NCBI GenBank assembly: GCA_028696075.1
Contig: JAQVHS010000001.1
Location: 194,408-258,407, forward strand
Source of the DNA: Candidatus Gastranaerophilales bacterium
GTDB lineage: Bacteria > Cyanobacteriota > Vampirovibrionia > Gastranaerophilales > JAILCC01
Reading direction: 5' to 3'
Length of the DNA: 64,000 bases
Part shown: positions 45,543 to 53,957 of the stretch, piece by piece
Position numbering within the stretch: the first letter of the stretch is position 1
How the letters are laid out: every line of letters starts with the position of its first letter
Position numbers and translations under genes: made by a program
The notes under the pieces: model-generated
Seen by the model: only the letters and a program-made list of their open reading frames with translations
Told to the model about the DNA's origin: nothing
The model's database searches: none

Positions 45543-48500
45543 ATGATTAACGCTCAAATCCAACCTTCTAAAATCACTCCGAACGAAAAACAGTCAGAAT
45601 GTATCAGAACGCTTGAAGGACCTGTTATGGTACTGGCAGGACCCGGCACAGGCAAGACTTTCAGCATTATTCACCGTTTAGCGTATATGCTTGAAGAAGG
45701 CATAACACCCGAAAGTATTTTGTGTCTGACTTTTTCAGAAACAGCCGCTGCCGAAATGAAAAGCAGACTTGTACAGCAAACAGGCACAATAGCTTCAGGG
45801 GTTGCCATTCATACATACCATGCTTTTTGCAATGAAATAATCAGGCAATATCCATCTCATTTTGACCTTTTAGAAGGGGTTTCGCTGATTGATGATGTAA
45901 CAAAATTTGACCTTATGAAAAAAGTCGTCGATGAATTTAACCCAAAATTCCACCTTACCAAATGGGGCGAAGCCGATTTTTATATCAAAGAACTTATTTC
46001 AGCCGTTGCCGAAATCAAAAAAAACAGGATGGAGAAAACAGCTTACTTTGATAATTTAAAAACCCACCCCGACTGGATGCCAAAGTTCATGCAAATGCAG
46101 GAAGAGTACAAAGAACGGGAAGAAAAAGGCAAACTTGTCAAAACTTTTTTGAGCAATTTTGAGCGGCAGCAAAAGAAAATCGGCAAAGCACGCGAAGCCT
46201 GGGAAATTTACGAATGCTACGACCTTCTTTTGAAAAAAAACAACTTTATCGATTTTGACGATATGATAAACCTCGTATTAGAAGTATTTGACGAGAATAC
46301 GGAATTTCTTTCGCTTGTTGCCAAAAAGTTTAAATATTTTTTGGTGGACGAATATCAGGACACCAACGTTTCCCAAAACCAAATAGTCTTTAAGCTGGCA
46401 CAAGGCGCGAAAAGCGAAAATATTTTTGTGGTGGGAGATGACGATCAGATTATTTTCGGATTTCAAGGCGCGCAGACAGACAACCTTGAAAACTTTTTGG
46501 AAAAATACCCCCGCACAAAGGTCATCTGCCTCAATGAAAACAACCGCTCTTCCCAAACTATCCTTGATTTGAGCTATGAAGTGATTTCGCAGGACGGTTC
46601 AAGGCTTGAAATTAACCCGAAATTCCAATCCTACAATATTTCCAAACGCTTAACCGCTAAAAATCAAACAATCTGCGCCAAAGACCAAAAAGTCAAAATC
46701 CACGGATTTGAAGACTTGAAGCAGGAAAACAATTTTATTGCCGAAGATATAGAAAACCTGATTAATTCGGGAACTTTACCGGCTAACGACAACGGCGAAG
46801 CCGATTTATCCCAAATCGCAATTTTAAGCCGAAGGAACGATGAATTAATGGAGTTTGCGGAGCTTTTAAAAGCCAAAAATATTCCTTTTCAGATAAAAAG
46901 CACAAAAAGTATCTTTCAGATAAACGCTTCTTTGCTGATTTACTTTTACTTAAAAGTTCTTGATAATAATGCATATTATACGGATAAACTCTTCGGTTTA
47001 CTGCTTTCTCAGCCGTTTGAATTTGAGACGGAAGATTATTTATTTCTAATGGAACAAAATAAACTCAACCACAGGGATTTTATTTTTAATATCAGCGAAA
47101 ACCTTGATAAAAATTGGGTTAATAAAGAAAAGGTTGTCGGCTTTATGGAAGCTTTTAACAGTTTAAAAGAGCTAAAATCCCACACTCATCCTAAAAACCT
47201 TATCATTGAACTGATTAATAAAACAGGAATTTTGGCGTATTATTTAAACAGTGAGATAAACAGAACAGAAAATATTTTAGCCGTTAAAAAAATAACCGAT
47301 GAGGCTGCCGCATTTTTAAACCTTAAATCCTACTGCACTTTAGGTGAATTTTTGGAACATCTTGATACCGCTTACAAGGAAGATATTGACATATCAACAG
47401 ACAAAGACGATTTTACCCGAAACGCCGTGCAGCTGGTAACCTTGCATGGCGCCAAAGGACGCGAATTTGCCCATGTTTATATCCCGAATTTAGTAGCTGC
47501 AAGGTGGGAAAAAAATCCCTCGAGGCAAGGCGCCTCCCTTCCTATAGAAAAAACCTCCTCTGTTCCCGAAGAAGAAGCCAAAAACGCAGAGCTGTTAAAA
47601 CTTTTGTTTGTAGGAATTACACGGGCAAAATATGCTCTCAATCTTTCTTATTCAAATATGATTAACAACAAACCTCAAGAGCTGACAAGTTATTTGACTA
47701 ATATTACAAACAATGACAACCTGTTTGAAAAATACAACCATACCCTAAGCGGTGAGAATTATCTGTTTGAAATCGCAAAAAGCTTCAGCATCAAGGATTT
47801 TGACTACAAAAAGGAATTCAAAGAAGAGTTAAAAGCAATGCTGAAAAACTTTGTCCTAAGCCCGAGTGCGCTTAATTCTTATTTGAATTGCCCAAGAAAT
47901 TTTTTGTATTCATATGTTCTAAAAATACCAATATTGGATAAAGAATGGGAAATGGCAAATTACGGGAACAGTATCCATAAAACCCTTGAATACTCTGTTT
48001 CAATTGCAAAAGAAAAGGGTGAATATCCCGATAAAATCGGGGTGCTTGAAGTCTTTAAGAAAAAAATCGGCGAACAAAAATTTGAAGATGAGAAGCAAAG
48101 AAATATTTACCAAAAAAGGGGAATTTCTTCGCTTGAAAAATTTTATCCCAAAATGCTTGAAACTCCGCCGAAAAATATTTTTGCAACAGAATTTGCCTTT
48201 GATTTTGTACCCGTAGAAAACGGCTTTGTAAAAGGTTTCATAGACCGAATAGAACAAAACAGCGACGGGACTTTTTCCCTGTTTGACTACAAAACCGGCA
48301 GTGCAAAAAGTAAAGCCCAAATAGCAGACGGCAAAGATTATGAAAGTTATTTAAACCAGCTGCGATTTTATAAATTCGCCTTCGAAACCTTATATGAAGG
48401 CTCCAAAGTATCACAAACCGGGCTTATTTTTGTAGAAGAATTTGACAAGAACTTCTATACAGCATTAACCGATGAAGACAATAAAAAGATTAAAGAAAAA

Positions 48501-48614
48501 ATAACAGCTACTTACGAAAATATTAATGCGCTTAATTTTTCACCAATAGAGCAGAATGATAAAAATTGCTGTTTTTGCGAATATAGACAACTTTGTAATT
48601 TGAATATATTATAA
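45543..48614 (+). CDS. UvrD/PcrA-type helicase fused to a C-terminal PD-(D/E)XK nuclease with Cys cluster (AddB/Cas4-like)
   Basis: Walker A AGPGTGKT, DEYQDT and VTLHGAKGREF helicase motifs. C-terminal SPSALNSYLNCPRNF..., GFIDRIE....LFDYKTG and CCFCEYRQLC. Confidence 0.8.
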   Translation: MINAQIQPSKITPNEKQSECIRTLEGPVMVLAGPGTGKTFSIIHRLAYMLEEGITPESILCLTFSETAAAEMKSRLVQQTGTIASGVAIHTYHAFCNEIIRQYPSHFDLLEGVSLIDDVTKFDLMKKVVDEFNPKFHLTKWGEADFYIKELISAVAEIKKNRMEKTAYFDNLKTHPDWMPKFMQMQEEYKEREEKGKLVKTFLSNFERQQKKIGKAREAWEIYECYDLLLKKNNFIDFDDMINLVLEVFDENTEFLSLVAKKFKYFLVDEYQDTNVSQNQIVFKLAQGAKSENIFVVGDDDQIIFGFQGAQTDNLENFLEKYPRTKVICLNENNRSSQTILDLSYEVISQDGSRLEINPKFQSYNISKRLTAKNQTICAKDQKVKIHGFEDLKQENNFIAEDIENLINSGTLPANDNGEADLSQIAILSRRNDELMEFAELLKAKNIPFQIKSTKSIFQINASLLIYFYLKVLDNNAYYTDKLFGLLLSQPFEFETEDYLFLMEQNKLNHRDFIFNISENLDKNWVNKEKVVGFMEAFNSLKELKSHTHPKNLIIELINKTGILAYYLNSEINRTENILAVKKITDEAAAFLNLKSYCTLGEFLEHLDTAYKEDIDISTDKDDFTRNAVQLVTLHGAKGREFAHVYIPNLVAARWEKNPSRQGASLPIEKTSSVPEEEAKNAELLKLLFVGITRAKYALNLSYSNMINNKPQELTSYLTNITNNDNLFEKYNHTLSGENYLFEIAKSFSIKDFDYKKEFKEELKAMLKNFVLSPSALNSYLNCPRNFLYSYVLKIPILDKEWEMANYGNSIHKTLEYSVSIAKEKGEYPDKIGVLEVFKKKIGEQKFEDEKQRNIYQKRGISSLEKFYPKMLETPPKNIFATEFAFDFVPVENGFVKGFIDRIEQNSDGTFSLFDYKTGSAKSKAQIADGKDYESYLNQLRFYKFAFETLYEGSKVSQTGLIFVEEFDKNFYTALTDEDNKKIKEKITATYENINALNFSPIEQNDKNCCFCEYRQLCNLNIL

Positions 48615-48647
48615 AAGAACTGCAGGTAATGAAAAGGAGTATTTTAG

Positions 48648-48899
48648 ATGAAAAAACGATTAATCTTAGCAATGGCGCTTGTTATGTTTTTTTCAAGCGG
48701 AGCTTATGCCACATCTGATTTGGCAAAAAATTTGTTAAAAACAGCTGTACAAACAAAAATAAGCAACTGTTATCACAATTCCGGTTTTAACCTGTCATCA
48801 ACAATTTGGTCTTATACCTATATTGAAGCGCTAAAGCACTCCAAAATAACCTTGGCTAAAAAATTGATACAGAAAATAAAAAAATCAAAGGAAAAATAA
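48648..48899 (+). CDS. small secreted hypothetical protein
   Basis: AAAGGAG RBS. Signal peptide MKKRLILAMALVMFFSSGAYA. 83 aa. Confidence 0.5.
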   Translation: MKKRLILAMALVMFFSSGAYATSDLAKNLLKTAVQTKISNCYHNSGFNLSSTIWSYTYIEALKHSKITLAKKLIQKIKKSKEK

Positions 48900-49013
48900 C
48901 TCTTAGGCTGCTAAAACATTATCTAAAGTAAGTTTTTAAAGAATAAAATGAGTTTGATTTTTTTTAAAAAAAATGTGATAATTAAATGCGTAACTTTATG
49001 AGGAACTTCAAAA

Positions 49014-49529
49014 ATGGAACAAAATACAGATAAAGACTACCTGATGCGACAATATGAAATGTATTGCAGTATGAAGGAACAATTTGTAGATAGAAACTTT
49101 ACAACAAATAAATTTTATTTGGTAACTGTAATAATCATATTCGTAATAATGTTTTTTACCAAGGATATAAGCTTCAGCTACAATATTACGGCAAATATCA
49201 TAATGTCTCTAATCGGTATGGCGGTTGCATTTTTCTGGTGGTCCAACGCTGATGCCTACAATATTATGATTAAAGTTAAACTTAAACATGTAATTGATGA
49301 AATTGAAAAACAGCTGCCTATGCAAATTCACCTGCTTGAAGCAAAAGGATTTTCGCAATACAAAAAACAGCATAAAGTATTAATATTTTCGGATATGCAA
49401 AAAGGTGTAGCAATAGCGATGCTGCTTGTTTTCTTTGCCTTATTTATAGTTTCAGCCAGCTACCCTGTTATAGAAAATTTTATCGGACCAATTGAAAGCA
49501 GCACTATTATTGAAGAAGTTGTACAATAG
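49014..49529 (+). CDS. hypothetical membrane protein
   Basis: 171 aa with three hydrophobic helices. No family recognised with confidence. Confidence 0.5.
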   Translation: MEQNTDKDYLMRQYEMYCSMKEQFVDRNFTTNKFYLVTVIIIFVIMFFTKDISFSYNITANIIMSLIGMAVAFFWWSNADAYNIMIKVKLKHVIDEIEKQLPMQIHLLEAKGFSQYKKQHKVLIFSDMQKGVAIAMLLVFFALFIVSASYPVIENFIGPIESSTIIEEVVQ

Positions 49530-49565
49530 TATCTGTTTTGTGTTTTTAAACAGAATGTAATAAAT

Positions 49566-51035
49566 ATGGATAAAAAAATATTAGTTATAGATGACAGCAA
49601 AACCCAACTCCTGACAACGAAAATGAAGTTAGAGAAGAACGGTTTTGAAGTGGTTTGTGCAGAGAATGGAATGGACGGTATGAAAAAAGTGTATGAAACC
49701 TGCCCGGACCTCGTCTTATCTGATATTATCATGCCGAATATTAACGGTTATCACTTATGCAGACTATTAAAACAGGATGAAAAAACTTCTCACATCCCGA
49801 TAATTTTGCTGACGGTTTTGGATAAAAAAATAGACCGCTTTTGGGGCATAAGAGCAGGTGCTGACGGATTTTTTAACAAAGACGGCAACAGTGAAGAATT
49901 AATCCAGAAGATTTATGATTTACTGGAAAAAGCCGAAGAAGACAAACGCTTTTCCCCTGCCTGCCAAATTATGGATGATTATGATTTTAATACCAAAATT
50001 ACCGAAATTTTGGACGAGTCTTTGGTTGAATCTACCTTAATCAATGAATTTAGGGATTTAGCAGAATTTGTACTGGAAGAAAAAATCTTTAATAACAGAT
50101 TATTTGAGCTTTTGTCCTCCATTTTGGATTACAATCTGGCGGGTGTTTTCTACAATGACAGTGATAAAAAAGATAAGGTAATTTATTTTTCGCAAAATGA
50201 ATGCGAAGTAAGCAGTGATATTATTTCTCAAACGAGGGATTTAATTCATACCCATATTACAGACAGGAATCTTGCTTATTCGCAATATAAACTTGATTAT
50301 AAAATCCTTGAAAGCTCAGCGAATATCAAATCCTTTAGACAAAATATCGATGACATGAACCAATTCAAATCAGAGCTTATAATCCCCATAGAAAACGAGG
50401 GGAAATTAATAGGAGCTTTAGCGTTGTTCCATGTTTTACCAAACAAATATAATAATTCCAAAATCCTTCATATTGTGCTTTCCGAATTAAAAATGGTGCT
50501 GAAAATAAGATGGCTGTACTCCGAAACCAAGCTGCTGTCCATTATCGACCCATTAACAACCTTGTATAACCGCAGATATTTTCAGCAGGTACTGGAAAAA
50601 GAATTTTCACGTTCAAATCGTTATGCCTCACCATTAAGTATTGCCATGGTTGATATTGATAATTTCAAAAAGTTAAACGACAGTTACGGTCATTTATTTG
50701 GTGATGAAATTTTGCAAACCATTTCCAAACTGTTTTTGGATTCTTTCAGAAAAACTGACTATGTAGCCAGATACGGCGGTGAGGAATTAGTGGCTGTTTT
50801 GCCTGAAACCACGCTTGAGCAAGCTATAATACCGTTTGAAAGACTAAGAAACAAAATTCAAAACTATGCTTTCGTTTATGATGAAAAAAGAATAAACGTA
50901 ACCGTCAGTATCGGCATTGCCCAAAATAATTTTGACATGCTGACTACCGATAATTTCATCAAACAAGCTGACGAAGCGTTATACATTGCAAAAGAAAAAG
51001 GCAAGAACAGAATAGAATTGGCATTTTCGGGGTAA
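49566..51035 (+). CDS. response regulator receiver - central sensor-like domain - GGDEF diguanylate cyclase
   Basis: REC domain (ILVIDDS..., DLVLSDIIMPNINGY, K in ILLT..). C-terminal DPLTTLYNRRYF, RYGGEEL (GGEEL active site) and an RKTD I-site 5 residues upstream. Confidence 0.85.
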   Translation: MDKKILVIDDSKTQLLTTKMKLEKNGFEVVCAENGMDGMKKVYETCPDLVLSDIIMPNINGYHLCRLLKQDEKTSHIPIILLTVLDKKIDRFWGIRAGADGFFNKDGNSEELIQKIYDLLEKAEEDKRFSPACQIMDDYDFNTKITEILDESLVESTLINEFRDLAEFVLEEKIFNNRLFELLSSILDYNLAGVFYNDSDKKDKVIYFSQNECEVSSDIISQTRDLIHTHITDRNLAYSQYKLDYKILESSANIKSFRQNIDDMNQFKSELIIPIENEGKLIGALALFHVLPNKYNNSKILHIVLSELKMVLKIRWLYSETKLLSIIDPLTTLYNRRYFQQVLEKEFSRSNRYASPLSIAMVDIDNFKKLNDSYGHLFGDEILQTISKLFLDSFRKTDYVARYGGEELVAVLPETTLEQAIIPFERLRNKIQNYAFVYDEKRINVTVSIGIAQNNFDMLTTDNFIKQADEALYIAKEKGKNRIELAFSG

Positions 51036-51037
51036 TT

Positions 51038-52060
51038 ATGGATAATACTTTTTTTCTGACTCAAGACAACGAAATTTTACCTGAATTTTTAATCGCCTTC
51101 GTTAATGACCAAGGCTACGCTTTTGATATAAAGTTCCTGGTAAAAATTATTCAGCTGCCTTCTTTTGCAGCAATAGAAAAAACACCGCCTAACGCAGCGG
51201 GCATAATAAATTTACATGGTGAAAATATAGCGGCATATGATTTAAAAACCTGTTTGGGGCTTGAACAAAAAGAATTTTCCGCTTCGCAGCAGGTTTTGGT
51301 TTTTAATGTAAATGAGAAAAAATTTGCGATTATTGTTGACAAAACAGGAGATATTATAACAGCAAATATATCAACCTCCAAAGCTATAGCGTACAATTCC
51401 GTTAATAAGTTTTTATCTGCCGGTTTGGAAATTAATCAAGCGCAAATTATTCTGGTTGATATAGAAAAATTCATAAACCAGTTTGATAATCTTGAATACT
51501 CTATTACCGGTATTTCCGATATAAAGCCGCCTTCTTCCTGCAATGCCGTTGTTAAACTTGAAGAAAGGGCCGTTATTCTGCAGGAAAAACAGGAAACAGC
51601 GCTAAATATCGATTATGAAAACATAGAAAAGTTTTTAATTTTTTCGCTAAATGACGAATATTACTGTTTTAGCCTTAGATATGTAAAAAAAATCAAAACA
51701 ACCACAGATAAATCTATAACAATAATCCCATGCACCCCGCCTTATATTAAAGGCATTATTAACTTCAGGGGAGATTATGTCTGCCTTATTGATATTAAAA
51801 GCTTTTTAAACATAGGTAATGATAAACCGAAAAATAAATTGACCGTTATAATTATAAACATCGATAAGTACAAACTTGCAATGATTGTAGATAATATCGT
51901 TGATATCACAAATTTGCCGTTTGAAATGGTGAAGCCCAAAGATGATGATTCGGGTTTCATAATCGGTGAACTTTACAATAACGAAGATAAAAGACTTATT
52001 AACATTTTAAATGTCGAAAAGTTATTTTCGAGCGAAAATATAAACATAGAAGATTATTAA
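51038..52060 (+). CDS. cheW: protein with two tandem CheW-like domains
   Basis: Two copies of the CheW pattern: FLIAFVNDQGYAFDIKFLVKI...AAGIINLHGENIAAYDLK and FLIFSLNDEYYCFSLRYVKKI...IKGIINFRGDYVCLIDIK. Starts 3 nt after the GGDEF gene. Confidence 0.75.
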   Translation: MDNTFFLTQDNEILPEFLIAFVNDQGYAFDIKFLVKIIQLPSFAAIEKTPPNAAGIINLHGENIAAYDLKTCLGLEQKEFSASQQVLVFNVNEKKFAIIVDKTGDIITANISTSKAIAYNSVNKFLSAGLEINQAQIILVDIEKFINQFDNLEYSITGISDIKPPSSCNAVVKLEERAVILQEKQETALNIDYENIEKFLIFSLNDEYYCFSLRYVKKIKTTTDKSITIIPCTPPYIKGIINFRGDYVCLIDIKSFLNIGNDKPKNKLTVIIINIDKYKLAMIVDNIVDITNLPFEMVKPKDDDSGFIIGELYNNEDKRLINILNVEKLFSSENINIEDY

Positions 52061-52074
52061 ATAAGGAAGATACA

Positions 52075-52878
52075 ATGAAAATAGGCTTTATCGGAGCAGG
52101 AAAATTAGGAAGTTCAATAATAGAAGGATTGAAAAAATCATCGCTGCAAGCAGAAATTACCGCATACGACCCTCATTCGGTTTTTTTAGAAAATCTGGTT
52201 CAAACATACGGCTTAAAAACCGCCGCTGATAATGCCGATTTGGTGAATAGTTCAGATGTGGTTGTAATCGCTCTAAAACCTGCTATTGTTGGTGAAGCAG
52301 TGAAAGAATTAAAGAACTTGTTCAAAGACAAACTTGTAATATCCCTGGCCGCAGGGGTAAACACGTCAGATGTAGAAGAAATTGCGCCTGATATTTGTAT
52401 CGCAAGAGTTTTAACCAATACTCCAAGCGCTTTTGGCGTGGGGATGTCAACGATTTCTAAAGGCAGAAATTTAAGCGAAGCGCAGCTTGAACTTTGCAAA
52501 GATATTTTTACTCAAGTCGGCGAAGTCATAGTCATAGACGAAAAATTTATGGATATTTCAACCTCTTTGGCAGGCAGCGGTCCCGCTTTCTTTTATGCCG
52601 TGGCACAAGGGTTCGCTAAAGGTTGTGAAAAGCTTGGTATGAGTGAAAAAGATGCTATTTTACTTTCCGCACAAACAATGCTTGGCGCTGCCAAAATGAT
52701 TACCTCTTCAGGTCAAACACCGGAAGAATTAATCAAACGTGTCGCAACCCCCGGCGGCTGTACCATAGAGGGATTAAATTATTTAGCAAGCCAAAATCTT
52801 GAAAAGATTTTAATCGAGTGTATGGAAGTTACTGCCAAAAAAGCAGCTATCCTGGCACATATAGGGAAAGAGGGCTAG
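52075..52878 (+). CDS. proC: pyrroline-5-carboxylate reductase
   Basis: IGFIGAGKLGSSI NADP-binding fold. C-terminal VATPGGCTIEGL motif. Confidence 0.9.
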   Translation: MKIGFIGAGKLGSSIIEGLKKSSLQAEITAYDPHSVFLENLVQTYGLKTAADNADLVNSSDVVVIALKPAIVGEAVKELKNLFKDKLVISLAAGVNTSDVEEIAPDICIARVLTNTPSAFGVGMSTISKGRNLSEAQLELCKDIFTQVGEVIVIDEKFMDISTSLAGSGPAFFYAVAQGFAKGCEKLGMSEKDAILLSAQTMLGAAKMITSSGQTPEELIKRVATPGGCTIEGLNYLASQNLEKILIECMEVTAKKAAILAHIGKEG

Positions 52879-52926
52879 GAAGCTTGGCAGCTGAGAAGCT
52901 GAGATTGGGTTTAAGAGCTTAAAAAA

Positions 52927-53084
52927 GCAGGCTTTACGATATAGGATAGAACGCTATTCACTGTGTGAAATCAGAGTATTACTTTGCCTAACGACATTTT
53001 TAACCACTTAGGCTAAGTTATGCTCTGATTGAGTTTGAATAGCACCAGACTTTAGAAATAAACTTTAATAGTAGTAAAGCCTGC
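52927..53084. other. 158-nt nested-helix element (candidate structured RNA or hairpin-type MITE)
   Basis: Four nested complementary pairs. gcaggctttac 52927-37 pairs with gtaaagcctgc 53074-84. gctattca 52953-60 pairs with tgaatagc 53036-43. aatcagagtat 52969-79 pairs with atgctctgatt 53020-30 (one G-U). actttgcctaa 52981-91 pairs with ttaggctaagt 53008-18 (one mismatch). Confidence 0.5.
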
Positions 53085-53105
53085 GACAGAACCCAACTAA
53101 GCGTA

Positions 53106-53165
53106 TTTTTTCTTTTTCTTTGGTTCGTTTCTTTTTCTTTTTGTTCGCATAAAAAGAAAAAGAAA
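53106..53165 (+). other. triple-helix-competent module: mirror pyrimidine tracts plus complementary purine tract
   Basis: T6CT5CT3 (53106-53121), ggttcg, T3CT5CT5 (53128-53142), gttcgcat, A5GA5GA3 (53151-53165). Tract 2 is the exact complement of the purine tract. Tract 1 is the exact mirror of tract 2. Confidence 0.6.
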
Positions 53166-53180
53166 TGGACAATCAATATA

Positions 53181-53546
53181 GCAGCTGAGAAGCTGGGATT
53201 GAGCTTAAGGAAGCTTGGCAGCTAAGAAGCTGGGAAGAGGTGAAGTCTTCTTAATGTCATGCTGAATTTATTTCAGCATCTCATTATTGTACGTCGATAT
53301 AAACCAGGCTCAACCATGCGACCCTGAAACAAGTTCAGGGTGACAGCCTTATTGTCATACTGGGAGGCTGGGAGATTATTTTGCCGTCATTGCGAAAATG
53401 TGTAAGCATTTGAAGCAATCCATAGGAAAGAAGCTTGGCAGCTGAGAAGCTGGGAAGCTGTGATTGAGTTTAAGAGGTGAAAAGGAAGTTGGGCAGCTGA
53501 GAAGTTGGGAAGCTGAGAGGGTGAAGGGATGAAGAGCTTAAGAGTT
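53181..53546 (+). repeat. dense cluster of the modular intergenic repeat family plus hairpin modules
   Basis: AGCTGRGA-type words, ttaagaggtgaaaag and gtgaagagcttaag words. Hairpins gtcatgctgaatttatttcagcat (53256-53279), accctgaaacaagttcagggt (53321-53341) and gtcattgcgaaaatgtgtaagcatttgaagcaatc. Confidence 0.8.
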
Positions 53547-53572
53547 CATTGTAGCCTTCGGCAAGTCTTTTC

Positions 53573-53750
53573 AGGCTTCACACTCTGCTTGCGCATTTTT
53601 CCGCCTGTGCAATCATTGAAAGCGAAATTGCTGTCGCAATTTGTTTCAATGTAGATTGCTTCGCTCCGCAACGGCGGTGGTATTATGCTTGCTACAAAGC
53701 CTGCTCACCGCAGCCTTTTTGCAGCGCATCGGCTTCACACTCTGCTTGCG
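53573..53750 (+). repeat. 20-nt direct repeats (ggcttcacactctgcttgcg) 158 nt apart
   Basis: Identical 20-mers at 53573-53592 and 53731-53750, enclosing a hairpin-rich segment (gattgcttcgctccgcaacggcgg etc.). Confidence 0.8.
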
Positions 53751-53957
53751 GCGCATAAAAAAACCCAAGGGTTTGATTAATTCCGTGGGCTGGGTAATAA
53801 GGGGTATTTAGGGTTTAATTAAAATCTCTCTTAAAATCTCTCTATGTGATTTCTTAGCTCTCATACTTTATTAAAAACATTTCAGCATAAAAGATTGCCA
53901 TATTAAGTATATACTTTCTTAATACAACTTAACGATATGGGATGAACTCAAGCTATA

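Noticed and set aside
53143-53165. The T-rich/A-rich hairpin at 53128-53165 as a simple transcription terminator
   Set aside because: Neither strand has a U-run after the stem, and the stem is nearly all A-U. The additional mirror tract at 53106-53121 is not explained by a terminator role.
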